Assembly: GCA_030529125.1 (NCBI GenBank)
Contig: JAUMXP010000001.1
Coordinates: 1-33,423, forward strand
DNA length: 33,423 nucleotides
Source: Eubacteriales bacterium
GTDB taxonomy: Bacteria; Bacillota; Clostridia; Oscillospirales; Acutalibacteraceae
Direction of reading: 5' to 3'
Shown here: positions 19,526 through 28,094 of the stretch, in pieces
Numbering within the stretch: position 1 is the first letter of the stretch
How the letters are laid out: every line of letters begins with the position of its first letter
Made by a program: the position numbers and the translations under genes
The notes under the pieces: model-generated
Told to the model about the DNA's origin: nothing
The model's database searches: none
The model's input: the letters and a program-made list of their open reading frames with translations, nothing else

Positions 19526-20413
19526 ATGAACTATTTATCAGTTTCAAAAACCGCAGAAAAATGGGGACTCTCCGAGCGTAGTGTACGCAATTACTGTGCT
19601 CAAGGTCGCATTGACGGTGCTAAACTTATCGGCAAAACCTGGCACATCCCTGAAGATGCCGTAAAACCGACTCACGCAAATAAAAAGAAAACCACCGCTA
19701 CTTTGCTACAAATCCTGCGTCAGCAGAAACAGAGCAAAATAAACGGCGGTATTTATCACAAGGTTCAAATTGAACTGACATACAATTCGAACCACATTGA
19801 GGGTAGCAGACTGACTCACGACCAAACTAGATATATTTTTGAGACCAACACGATTGGCTTTGGAAACGAGGCGGTCAATGTTGACGATGTCATTGAAACT
19901 GCGAACCACTTCAAGTGCATCGATATGGTAATTGATCAGGCGACTGCTACGCTTTCAGAAAAACTCATCAAGGAGCTACACGCAACATTAAAGACGGGTA
20001 CTAGTGACAGTAGACTTGATTGGTTCAATGTTGGCGATTACAAGAAACTGCCTAACGAAGTCGGTGGCACAAGCACAACCTTGCCTGAAGATATTGCAGG
20101 TAGTATGCGTAAGCTCCTGAGCGAGTACAACTCCACTAAAGCGAAAACATTCGATGACATAGTAGCGTTTCACGTCGCTTTTGAGAAAATCCATCCGTTT
20201 CAGGACGGTAACGGCCGTGTGGGCAGACTTATCCTGTTCAAAGAATGTCTCAGACATAACATCGTGCCTTTCATCATCGAGGATGACCTCAAACTGTTCT
20301 ATTACCGAGGACTCAAGGAGTGGAACAACGAAAAAGGTTACCTGCTAGACACCTGCCTTACCGCACAGGATAGGTTCAAAGCGTATCTTGATTACTTCAG
20401 GATTGAGTATTGA
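19526..20413 (+). CDS. Fic-domain protein with N-terminal excisionase-like HTH
   Basis: HPFQDGNGRVGR Fic motif; SNHIEG inhibitory-type motif; N-terminal AEKWGLSERSVRNYC..GRI HTH; SD GGAGG. Confidence 0.92.
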   Translation: MNYLSVSKTAEKWGLSERSVRNYCAQGRIDGAKLIGKTWHIPEDAVKPTHANKKKTTATLLQILRQQKQSKINGGIYHKVQIELTYNSNHIEGSRLTHDQTRYIFETNTIGFGNEAVNVDDVIETANHFKCIDMVIDQATATLSEKLIKELHATLKTGTSDSRLDWFNVGDYKKLPNEVGGTSTTLPEDIAGSMRKLLSEYNSTKAKTFDDIVAFHVAFEKIHPFQDGNGRVGRLILFKECLRHNIVPFIIEDDLKLFYYRGLKEWNNEKGYLLDTCLTAQDRFKAYLDYFRIEY

Positions 20414-20421
20414 ACTAAATA

Positions 20422-20470
20422 GCACACAAACACAAAGGCTGTACTCTTATTTAGAGTACAGCCTATTTTA
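20422..20470. repeat. Palindromic repeat copy 2 (terminator-like)
   Basis: AGGCTGTACTCT-TATTT-AGAGTACAGCCT followed by ATTTTA. Confidence 0.8.
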
Positions 20471-20656
20471 CTGCTTACAAATTATCCAATTCACCCCAAA
20501 TAAACATCAATAAACATCAAATCGGCTATAAATGAAAAGAACCGCTTAGACAGGCTTTAAAAAATGCCTTGTTTAAGCGCCAAAATGGGGTCCCAAAAAT
20601 CTGAGATTTTGGGGAGAGGAGGAGCAACAAAGCGCATACTGTGGCGATTTTTAAGC

Positions 20657-20696
20657 AAAAAAGAAAATCGCCGCAAACAAGCGACGTTTGCGACGA
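20657..20696 (-). terminator. tRNA terminator
   Basis: Minus strand TCGTCGCAAAC-7-GTTTGCGGCGA followed by TTTTCTTTTTT. Confidence 0.65.
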
Positions 20697-20699
20697 CGA

Positions 20700-20775
20700 T
20701 GGAGCTGATAACCGGATTCGAACCGGTGACCTCGTCCTTACCAAGGACGTGCTCTGCCTCCTGAGCCATATCAGC
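20700..20775 (-). tRNA. tRNA-Thr(GGT)
   Basis: 76-nt cloverleaf GCTGATA...CGTCC-TT-GGT-AA-GGACG...GGTTCGAATCC...TATCAGC-T-CCA. Confidence 0.97.
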
Positions 20776-20798
20776 GTATTTAAATTTCGTACCACAGT

Positions 20799-20827
20799 AT
20801 AATATCACAAGTTAAGTTAAATTTCAA
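20799..20827 (-). promoter_or_regulatory. Probable tRNA promoter
   Basis: TTGAAA-17 nt-TATTAT on the minus strand. Confidence 0.5.
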
Positions 20828-20859
20828 TACCAATTTTAGATAGGTCTTGGTATTAATTA

Positions 20860-20886
20860 AAGCCCTGTATATTTACTACAGGGCTT
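20860..20886 (-). terminator. Terminator after the Zn-ribbon membrane gene
   Basis: AAGCCCTGTA...TACAGGGCTT hairpin. Confidence 0.6.
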
Positions 20887-20920
20887 CTTCGTTATCTATT
20901 TCCTATACTAAACCTAAATA

Positions 20921-21829
20921 TCATAAATGATATCTGCTCTTAATTCGATTAATTTCAGCCGTAATTTTATCTTCTTCATTAATTAACATATTAAGCCTAC
21001 TCTTATTTTCACTTAATAATGAGTTGTTGTCTGTTTCAATATTTTTATAATACGATATAGCACACTCTTGGTATATTGCATTTACTATCAAAGCAATCAA
21101 TACTATACTACCTATTGCAATAAACAACCCATTCCAAAAAATACCTAAAACTACTAATAAAATGCCAAGGAACAATATTTTTTTCCATCCTCGACTTATA
21201 AAATTCCCAGATTGTTTTGTACGTACATTAGTTGACGCTGTATCAACTATATTTTGGTATACATCTATATTATTGTTGATAATTTGCTCATGTTTATTTA
21301 ATTCATTTTTTTGAATATATAAATTGTTAAGCACTTGCACATGTTGCGCTAAAAGATTATTCCGTTGTAACACATAAGCATCCCACTGTGATTTAATTTT
21401 AGCCGCTTCCTCCGACGGCGCACAAACTAGTGCTTTATTCATGAAGGTCGATAATTCTTCAAATTTCTCGAATTCTAAATCTAATTTGCTAAAACTATTA
21501 GTAGAAATAGACACCATTCCTAGCCATCCTCTATACTCATCAGGGTAGTCATTAGTTATTTCTCGATAAATTTGAAAAGCTTTTTCGTAATCCCCAAAAC
21601 GTTCATTCACATTAGCGTTTTTTATCAAACGCTCTTTTTCAGCATCACCTTTTCCTGATATTATTACATTTTCGGCATTTATGTTATTTGTTACATAATA
21701 ATTGTAGTTCTGAATAGCTTGCTCAACAAAATAAGCAGAACCACAATACCCACATACCGATGTAACCTGTGTGTTATCCACCTCAAGTGTTGCACCACAA
21801 TTTGTGCATTTCGCATTAACCAATGGCAT
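20921..21829 (-). CDS. Hypothetical membrane protein (Zn ribbon, TPR-like helices, coiled coil, 2 TM)
   Basis: CTNCG...CGYCG; helical repeat region; two hydrophobic helices near the C-terminus; SD AAGGAGG; visibly AT-rich. Confidence 0.72.
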   Translation of the reverse strand: MPLVNAKCTNCGATLEVDNTQVTSVCGYCGSAYFVEQAIQNYNYYVTNNINAENVIISGKGDAEKERLIKNANVNERFGDYEKAFQIYREITNDYPDEYRGWLGMVSISTNSFSKLDLEFEKFEELSTFMNKALVCAPSEEAAKIKSQWDAYVLQRNNLLAQHVQVLNNLYIQKNELNKHEQIINNNIDVYQNIVDTASTNVRTKQSGNFISRGWKKILFLGILLVVLGIFWNGLFIAIGSIVLIALIVNAIYQECAISYYKNIETDNNSLLSENKSRLNMLINEEDKITAEINRIKSRYHL

Positions 21830-21845
21830 TTAATTATCCTCCTTA

Positions 21846-22003
21846 AAATAAAAAATGCGCCAACCGAAGTTAGCGCACTAAAAACACATAGCTCCGATTG
21901 TCGCCAAACAATTCCAATACCATATCAGTATGCAGAATAGAGCATGTATTTTTACAATAGTAAAATACACACTGACATGGTAGTTTATTCGAATTGTTTG
22001 GCA
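21846..22003 (-). ncRNA. Candidate structured leader RNA or sRNA with terminator
   Basis: Nested 12-bp stems, an inner hairpin and a cUUCGg terminator directly before the SD. Confidence 0.55.
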
Positions 22004-22008
22004 CTCTC

Positions 22009-22037
22009 ATCATAGCACAATAAAAATACAAAATCAA
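22009..22037 (-). promoter_or_regulatory. Sigma-A promoter with extended -10
   Basis: TTGATT-17 nt-TATGAT with TG at -15/-14. Confidence 0.65.
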
Positions 22038-22060
22038 TTATTTTTGAAAACATCATAAAG

Positions 22061-22090
22061 AAAAGCACCTGTCGTCTGACAGGTGCTTTA
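22061..22090 (-). terminator. asnB terminator
   Basis: AAAGCACCTGTC-GTCT-GACAGGTGCTTT. Confidence 0.8.
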
Positions 22091-22120
22091 TTGTTTAATA
22101 TTCTAGCTTTTCTGAGATTA

Positions 22121-24451
22121 TCAGTCTTCAGTTTCTTCTGCCTGAGGGGCTGAATCTTCCTGCGTTTTGGCATCGTCTGTCTCAAGCTGTACCTGCTCGA
22201 TTTCTTCCTCAGTTACTTCTTCTTGAAGCTTGCTCTTGAGGCTCTCGAAGAAGTCGTTGTGGTTTTCGAGTGTTGGTTTGAATGATGGCTTAACCTTTGT
22301 GTCATCTTCTGCGATAGTCATGTCATCGTCAGCTGACTCTTCAGGTGCTTCATCTACTAAAACCTCAGCTTCAATCTCAGGCTCATCAACAGACTCAACG
22401 TTAACATGTGTTGCAGCCTTAGGTGATGCAGAGTAAATCTCCTCGAACTCTTCTTCATCATCTTCTACATACTCAGGTGCAGCCTGTGCTTGTGAGCTGT
22501 CGATAGCATGGAATACTTTAGTTGTGCCATCTGCTGAATCATCATCGTAAGCCTCTTCCTCGTCATCTTCGAACGGAGAATTCTCAGGCATTGGTGCAGG
22601 CTCGTAGACTTCCTCTTCCTCAACATCGCCAAAGTAAATCTGATACCATACAAGGAACACGTAAACAGTCCAGATTTTACGTGAGTTATCTTCTTTCTCA
22701 ATGAAATGCTCATCAAGATAATCGATAAGCAGGTTAGTGTCAAAAAACTTCTCAGCAGTAGGAGAAACAAACAGTGATCTTACTACTGAGTAGTAGTGCT
22801 CATCTCTAAGCCATACTCTGGTTGGCACAGGGAAGCCGAGCTTCTCTTTCTCAGCTGTAGCCTGTGGCAGATGTCTGAGCGCTGCCTGACGCATAGCGTA
22901 CTTAGTGTTTTCTTTATTTACTCTTAAGTGTGACGGTATAGTAGAAGCAACAGAGAACACTTCTTTATCAAGGAAAGGTACTCTAAGCTCCAAAGAGTTA
23001 GCCATACTCATTCTGTCAGCCTTAAGGAGAATGTCGCCTACCATCCACATATTGATGTCGAGATACTGCATCTTAGTTACGTCGTCGTATCTACGAGCAC
23101 GGGTGTAGTGTCTTCTGACAAGCTTTGTAGGGTCAGTAGCAAGCGCAGAATTCTTGAGCAGAGCTTTCTTCTGCTTGCGGTCAAACATATATGCATTACC
23201 GATGAAACGCTTTTCAAGCGGATGAGTAGCACGGATGAGGTAATCTCTGCCCTTGATGTCAGGGAGCTTCTTGCACACTGCGCCTATTGCTTTACGCACA
23301 CAGTATGGGAATATCTTCTGGTACATTTTGAACACACGTGGTTCGTTGTAGCAGGTGTAACCGCCGAACAGCTCGTCAGCACCCTCACCTGAGAGAACAA
23401 CCTTAACGTATTCGCTTGCAAGCTTTGCAACAAAGTAGAGCGCAATACAAGAAGGGTCAGCAAGTGGCTGGTCCATGTGGTACTGTACCTTAGGCACAGC
23501 AGCCCAGAACTCCTCGCTTGAAATAAGCTTTGTGTGGTGTTCTACGCCAAGCTCTTTAGATAGATTCTCAGCCCAGCTGATTTCGTTATATCTTTCGCCA
23601 AAGTCAAAACCGACAGTAAATGTCTTCTGGTCTTTGAAGTAAGTTGAAACGTAGCTTGAGTCAACACCGCTTGAGAGGAAGCAACCAACCTCAACGTCAG
23701 CGATTTTATGAGCGTTGACAGAGTTTTCGAACACAGCCTCAATCTTATCGACTGCTTCTTCTTCTGACATATCTTCGTCAACTCTGAATTTAGCTTCGAA
23801 GTAACGCTGAGTTTCAACAACACCATCTCTAAACCACATGAAGTGGCCAGGAAGCAGACAGTAAACGCCCTTGAAGAAGGTCATAGGCTGTGGGCAATAC
23901 TGGAAAGAAAGATAGTGGTCGAGTGCTTTCTCGTTGAATTCTTTTACAAACTCAGGATGCTCTAAAATACTCTTGATTTCAGATGCATAGCAGAAGTTGT
24001 CGCCAATCATAGTATAGTGCAACGGCTTGATGCCGAAGAAGTCACGAGCTAAAAACAGCGCCTTGGTGTCTTTATTATAGATAGCAAAGGCAAACATACC
24101 GCGAAGATGCTCAAACATCTCCTCGTCCCATTCTTCAAATGCATGGAGCAGAACTTCGCTGTCAGTAGAAGTTGAGAAAACGTGACCGTATGATTCAAGC
24201 TCTTTTCTCAGCTCTTTGTAGTTATAGATTTCACCGTTGAAGGTGAGTACCAGATTTTTCTCCTCGTTGTAGATAGGCTGGTCGCCTTCATCAAGGTCGA
24301 TGATACTCAATCGTCTGAAACCCATTGAGATGTAATCATCACTATAAAAACCGCTGGAGTCAGGTCCTCTGTGAGTGATGACCTCGGTCATTTTTTCTAT
24401 GGTGTTTTCGCGCTGTTCGATTTGTCCGGTAAAGCCACAAATTCCGCACAT
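22121..24451 (-). CDS. asnB: Asparagine synthase (glutamine-hydrolysing) with acidic C-terminal extension
   Basis: MCGICG Ntn start, HRGPD, RLSIIDL, FNGEIYN, LSSGVDSS, SGEGADELFGGY, ELRVPFLD. Confidence 0.93.
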   Translation of the reverse strand: MCGICGFTGQIEQRENTIEKMTEVITHRGPDSSGFYSDDYISMGFRRLSIIDLDEGDQPIYNEEKNLVLTFNGEIYNYKELRKELESYGHVFSTSTDSEVLLHAFEEWDEEMFEHLRGMFAFAIYNKDTKALFLARDFFGIKPLHYTMIGDNFCYASEIKSILEHPEFVKEFNEKALDHYLSFQYCPQPMTFFKGVYCLLPGHFMWFRDGVVETQRYFEAKFRVDEDMSEEEAVDKIEAVFENSVNAHKIADVEVGCFLSSGVDSSYVSTYFKDQKTFTVGFDFGERYNEISWAENLSKELGVEHHTKLISSEEFWAAVPKVQYHMDQPLADPSCIALYFVAKLASEYVKVVLSGEGADELFGGYTCYNEPRVFKMYQKIFPYCVRKAIGAVCKKLPDIKGRDYLIRATHPLEKRFIGNAYMFDRKQKKALLKNSALATDPTKLVRRHYTRARRYDDVTKMQYLDINMWMVGDILLKADRMSMANSLELRVPFLDKEVFSVASTIPSHLRVNKENTKYAMRQAALRHLPQATAEKEKLGFPVPTRVWLRDEHYYSVVRSLFVSPTAEKFFDTNLLIDYLDEHFIEKEDNSRKIWTVYVFLVWYQIYFGDVEEEEVYEPAPMPENSPFEDDEEEAYDDDSADGTTKVFHAIDSSQAQAAPEYVEDDEEEFEEIYSASPKAATHVNVESVDEPEIEAEVLVDEAPEESADDDMTIAEDDTKVKPSFKPTLENHNDFFESLKSKLQEEVTEEEIEQVQLETDDAKTQEDSAPQAEETED

Positions 24452-24685
24452 ACAGCAAAACTCCTTTCGTTCAGGCGGTGCCTGAAAGCATTTATTTTAA
24501 AAATAATCATAATTTCTCATTATAATTACTCTAATAATAACACATTATATATAAAACTTCAATAAGAGATTGCCAAAAAATCACAAATAGACTTCTTGCA
24601 TAAGAAAGTTATATGATGTATAATGCGATATGCAAAGTAAATCAGCAAAAAATCCTTGGATTTACAGCAAAAGGCAGGTTGTATT

Positions 24686-25453
24686 ATGACGTCAATGTTA
24701 GGCACAATAGTCAACACCGTTGCGGTATTAATAGGCGGTGCGATCGGACTGTTATTCAAAAAAGCTATACCGGACAGACTATCAGACACAGTGTTCAAAG
24801 GACTTGGTCTATGCACGATGTTTATTGGCATCACAGGTGTTTTTCAAGATGGTGTAAACACGTTGGTTGTTATCATTTCCGTTGTACTGGGTGCGATTAT
24901 CGGCGAAGGGCTTAACCTTGATTTGCGTATCAATAAACTGGGAAAATGGATAGAGAATAAATGCTCTAAAAATAAAGACGACGATAATAAATCAACTGTC
25001 GCACAGGGCTTTGTGTCTGCATCACTTCTGTTCTGCGTTGGTGCTATGACCATAGTCGGCTCACTTCAAAGCGGTATCGCAAACGACCACACCACACTGT
25101 ATATAAAGAGTATACTTGACTTTGTAGCTGCTATTATTTTTGCTAGCTCACTGGGTTACGGTGTGCTGTTTTCATCTTTGTTTGTACTTATTTATCAGGG
25201 GTTAATCGCCTTAGGCTCTCATTTTGTAGCGTTAGCGTTTACTGACTCAGCAGTGCTCCTCAGTGCAACTAACGGCCTGACTCCGTTCATGGTGATTGTC
25301 AACACAATGAACTGTGTCGGCTATATCATCATCATAGGTCTTGCACTGAATATGCTCGGCATCACTAAGCTCAAGGTTATGAACTACGTTCCTGCGATAT
25401 TTATGCCTATTGCTTTGTGTCCGCTTGCTGATTATTTAGTAAGTTTGTTTTAA
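24686..25453 (+). CDS. DUF554-family membrane protein
   Basis: GTIVN...GG.IG, ASLLFCVGAM.IVGSLQSG, KSILD, YQG motifs; multiple TM helices. Confidence 0.85.
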   Translation: MTSMLGTIVNTVAVLIGGAIGLLFKKAIPDRLSDTVFKGLGLCTMFIGITGVFQDGVNTLVVIISVVLGAIIGEGLNLDLRINKLGKWIENKCSKNKDDDNKSTVAQGFVSASLLFCVGAMTIVGSLQSGIANDHTTLYIKSILDFVAAIIFASSLGYGVLFSSLFVLIYQGLIALGSHFVALAFTDSAVLLSATNGLTPFMVIVNTMNCVGYIIIIGLALNMLGITKLKVMNYVPAIFMPIALCPLADYLVSLF

Positions 25454-25458
25454 TCATC

Positions 25459-25485
25459 ACAGGTCACTGAAGTGGCCTGTTTTTT
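25459..25485 (+). terminator. Intrinsic terminator
   Basis: ACAGGTCAC-TGAA-GTGGCCTGT followed by a T run. Confidence 0.7.
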
Positions 25486-25545
25486 GTAATTATTTACTGC
25501 GAGCAAAAAATATAGTAGTATAAGCCCTGTAAAGGTGGAATACAT

Positions 25546-26130
25546 ATGGATTTAGGATTTACGTTCTTTTTTAATAGTATATTGCTAGGTCTGGGGCTTA
25601 GCATGGATGCGTTCTCGGTATCTGTGGCAAACGGACTCAACGAACCTAAAATGCGACTGCGAAAGCTCTTTATTATCGCGTTCACATTTGCGTTCTTTCA
25701 GGCGGCTATGCCACTAATTGGCTGGGTGTGTGTACACACTGCGGTCAATCAGTTCGAGGCTTTCTCTAAGTTTGTCCCGTACATCGCGTTAATCATTCTT
25801 TGCTACATCGGTATATCGATGATTGTAAGCTCGATAAAAAACAAGGGCGAATACGAAAAGCCTAGAGTAGGCGTGCTTGCACTGCTTATGCAGGGTATTG
25901 CTACGTCTATCGACGCACTGTCGGTCGGCTTCACGATTTCAGAGTATGATTTTCTAGAAGCACTTCTGTCTGCGCTGATTATCGCCGCTGTCACCTTTGT
26001 TATCTGCGCTGTAGGACTCAAGCTCGGCAAGAAGTTCTCAACTAAGCTCTCAAGCAAAGCTACCCTGTTTGGCGGTATTATACTGGTGCTCATAGGTGTG
26101 AAGATTTTCCTTGACGGTTTTCTCTCTTAA
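25546..26130 (+). CDS. mntP: Manganese efflux pump MntP family
   Basis: LSMDAFSVS, FQAAMPLIGW, ATSIDALSVG, GGIILVLIG. Confidence 0.88.
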   Translation: MDLGFTFFFNSILLGLGLSMDAFSVSVANGLNEPKMRLRKLFIIAFTFAFFQAAMPLIGWVCVHTAVNQFEAFSKFVPYIALIILCYIGISMIVSSIKNKGEYEKPRVGVLALLMQGIATSIDALSVGFTISEYDFLEALLSALIIAAVTFVICAVGLKLGKKFSTKLSSKATLFGGIILVLIGVKIFLDGFLS

Positions 26131-26161
26131 CATGGGAATTGTTAAAATATGTGACAAGTTT

Positions 26162-26236
26162 TTCACCAAAAATACTCAAAAAGTTCAATTTGCGTTCACA
26201 TCTAATTCACATATTCAGAAAATTACGCGTTATAAT
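26162..26236 (+). promoter_or_regulatory. Promoter with 11-bp-phased TTCACA-like direct repeats
   Basis: TTCACC 26162, TTCAAT 26184, TTCACA 26195, TTCACA 26206; TATAAT at 26231. Confidence 0.5.
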
Positions 26237-26242
26237 ATAGTT

Positions 26243-26400
26243 GTACAAAGTTAAGGACCGCAACTTGATTTTGTATTGTTCTACCCTCCTCAATGTAGAC
26301 AATAAGTCTATCATTGTACCCCTCATTTTTTATATGGGTCTTACCCAAAACAAAAGCAAAGGCACTAAGCTACCGCAAGGCTTAGTGCCTATTGTTTTAT
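26243..26400 (+). ncRNA. Candidate trans-acting sRNA with C-rich anti-SD loops
   Basis: Own -10 element, hairpins with CCCTCCTC and CCCCTC, terminator AGGCACTAAGC...GCTTAGTGCCT; no ORF in the track. Confidence 0.55.
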
Positions 26401-26416
26401 TTAAGCAAGGTTTTGT

Positions 26417-26445
26417 TTGACATTTATGCATCAGAAATGTATGAT
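26417..26445 (+). promoter_or_regulatory. Sigma-A promoter
   Basis: TTGACA-17 nt-TATGAT. Confidence 0.7.
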
Positions 26446-26480
26446 AAAATAGTAAGCAATAATGAAAGAGGGGAATTGTT

Positions 26481-28001
26481 ATGAAATTTAATGAATGCGT
26501 AGAAAAAGTATCGACTTTTACAGATCTAAAACGTTTTGCAAACGAGTATGTGATCGACTATAAACGATTATCGTTTGATGAACTTAAAGCCGCGGTAATA
26601 AAAACAGCTCCCCAATTTTCAAACGAAGATAATGTTCGCTCTGTAATCCGTTCTATTGAACTTAATCAAGACAGAAATATTCGTATTTTGTTCAATATAT
26701 ACATTAGAAATGTTCTACTCAACTGCGATGATTTTATGGAAAGTGTCCGCGTAGTTGAAGATAAAATTATAGCTTACGAACAGGATATTGTTGACACCGC
26801 TAACGAGTTTTCACTTAATGAAGAAGTAGATAACATTGAGCTTTATAAATATGTAGTTGAGGCTGCGTGGGAAGAAAACAACGATATATCTGTTGATGAA
26901 CAAAATTTAATAAATAAAATTAAAGACAAGCTCGGTATATCTGAAAAGCATCATCAAATACTTGAAGCTCAAATTGGAAAATTCCCAACTATAGGTAATT
27001 TATTGCACGCTAAAGATGATATATCGACAGTTAGAAGATACTTTCAGAACAAAGGTTTAATCATATCTGTCAGAGATACAAACAATGTTGATTATGATGT
27101 TATCCCTGAAGAAATTGCTACTGTTCTTAGAAAGCTGTTCAATATTGATATTAAAGAATCTTCTTACGCTACATTAATCGAAAGCAAGTATGTAAAGAGT
27201 AAAACATATTTAATCGATATGCTGACTAAAGCAAAAGTAATGGTACCAAAGTATCCAAAGTCAGCACAGCTCAAAGAACTAGCAATGAAAAATCTGACAG
27301 CTCATCAGTTGTTAGGTGGTTTTTCGGCTTTTGATGGTCTAGACAAGAAGACTCTATCAGAGTGGTGTAGTACTTTAGGCTTAATTGCTTATGGTACAAA
27401 ACCTGAACTTATTAATCGAATAGTTGAGTATTATGATAATATCAAACAAATACAGTGTACTGAAGAAGACGAACGCGAGCTACTATATCATTTTTATGAA
27501 GAGTTAGCTAGTCGTAAACTAGGCGAGTTAAGACAGCAAGGTGTTATCAATAAAGACTTAGAATGTGAGCATAAGTTTGAACTTGCGACAAACTATATCT
27601 TTGAAAAAATATTTAAAATAAAACCTCTTATTATGAGTGGTACAGAACACCCTGATGGTATCCTGTCATTTAATGATAAACTCATTATGTGGGATAATAA
27701 ATCTAAGGAAACAGATGTATCTCTAGCTGAACATATAAAACAATTCGACAGATACATAAAGAACTCTACTAAGCCAGTTTCTGTATTTATGGTAATTGGA
27801 CCATCATTTACAGCAGATTCACAAAAAGAATGTGCAAAATATGCGATGTCAAACGACACTATTATTTTGCTTATAACTGCATCAGAATTAAAAGAACTTG
27901 CTGAAAACTGGGCAAAAGCTCATACAACCGACAAAGAGCCTTTACCTTTAGGTGTGTTCAAGCAAAACGGTAGATTTAATCCAGATTTAGTATTACTATA
28001 A
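26481..28001 (+). CDS. Hypothetical protein with TerB-like helix motif, SAP domain and C-terminal PD-(D/E)xK-like nuclease
   Basis: AAWEENNDISVDEQNLI..IKDKLGIS; LSEWCSTLGL...GTKPELINRI; ECEHKFE...HPDG...IMWDNKS; SD GAGGGG. Confidence 0.6.
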   Translation: MKFNECVEKVSTFTDLKRFANEYVIDYKRLSFDELKAAVIKTAPQFSNEDNVRSVIRSIELNQDRNIRILFNIYIRNVLLNCDDFMESVRVVEDKIIAYEQDIVDTANEFSLNEEVDNIELYKYVVEAAWEENNDISVDEQNLINKIKDKLGISEKHHQILEAQIGKFPTIGNLLHAKDDISTVRRYFQNKGLIISVRDTNNVDYDVIPEEIATVLRKLFNIDIKESSYATLIESKYVKSKTYLIDMLTKAKVMVPKYPKSAQLKELAMKNLTAHQLLGGFSAFDGLDKKTLSEWCSTLGLIAYGTKPELINRIVEYYDNIKQIQCTEEDERELLYHFYEELASRKLGELRQQGVINKDLECEHKFELATNYIFEKIFKIKPLIMSGTEHPDGILSFNDKLIMWDNKSKETDVSLAEHIKQFDRYIKNSTKPVSVFMVIGPSFTADSQKECAKYAMSNDTIILLITASELKELAENWAKAHTTDKEPLPLGVFKQNGRFNPDLVLL

Positions 28002-28008
28002 TATTTAG

Positions 28009-28038
28009 AAAGGCTTGAGCATCAGTTCAAGCCTTTTT
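28009..28038 (+). terminator. Intrinsic terminator
   Basis: AAAGGCTTGAGC-ATCA-GTTCAAGCCTTT-TT. Confidence 0.75.
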
Positions 28039-28094
28039 ATATTCACAACGATTTTTGTTTACAATAAAATTGTATCAGGAACTTACGAAATAAT

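Noticed and set aside
19381-20470. CRISPR array or classical integron attC array
   Set aside because: Only two copies about 1 kb apart, no cas genes, and no attC R-box pattern or IntI insertion recognised.
20526-20808. Three short ORFs around 20.5-20.8 kb
   Set aside because: They overlap tRNA-Thr and its hairpins; shadow ORFs.
22121-24451. asnB as the lasso cyclase for the RiPP cluster
   Set aside because: It retains the Cys2 Ntn glutaminase domain of canonical AsnB, lies beyond the tRNA boundary with its own terminator, and the precursor lacks clear lasso core features.
25454-25545. yybP-ykoY Mn riboswitch upstream of mntP
   Set aside because: The spacer is about 90 nt, partly occupied by a terminator, and I could not see the motif.
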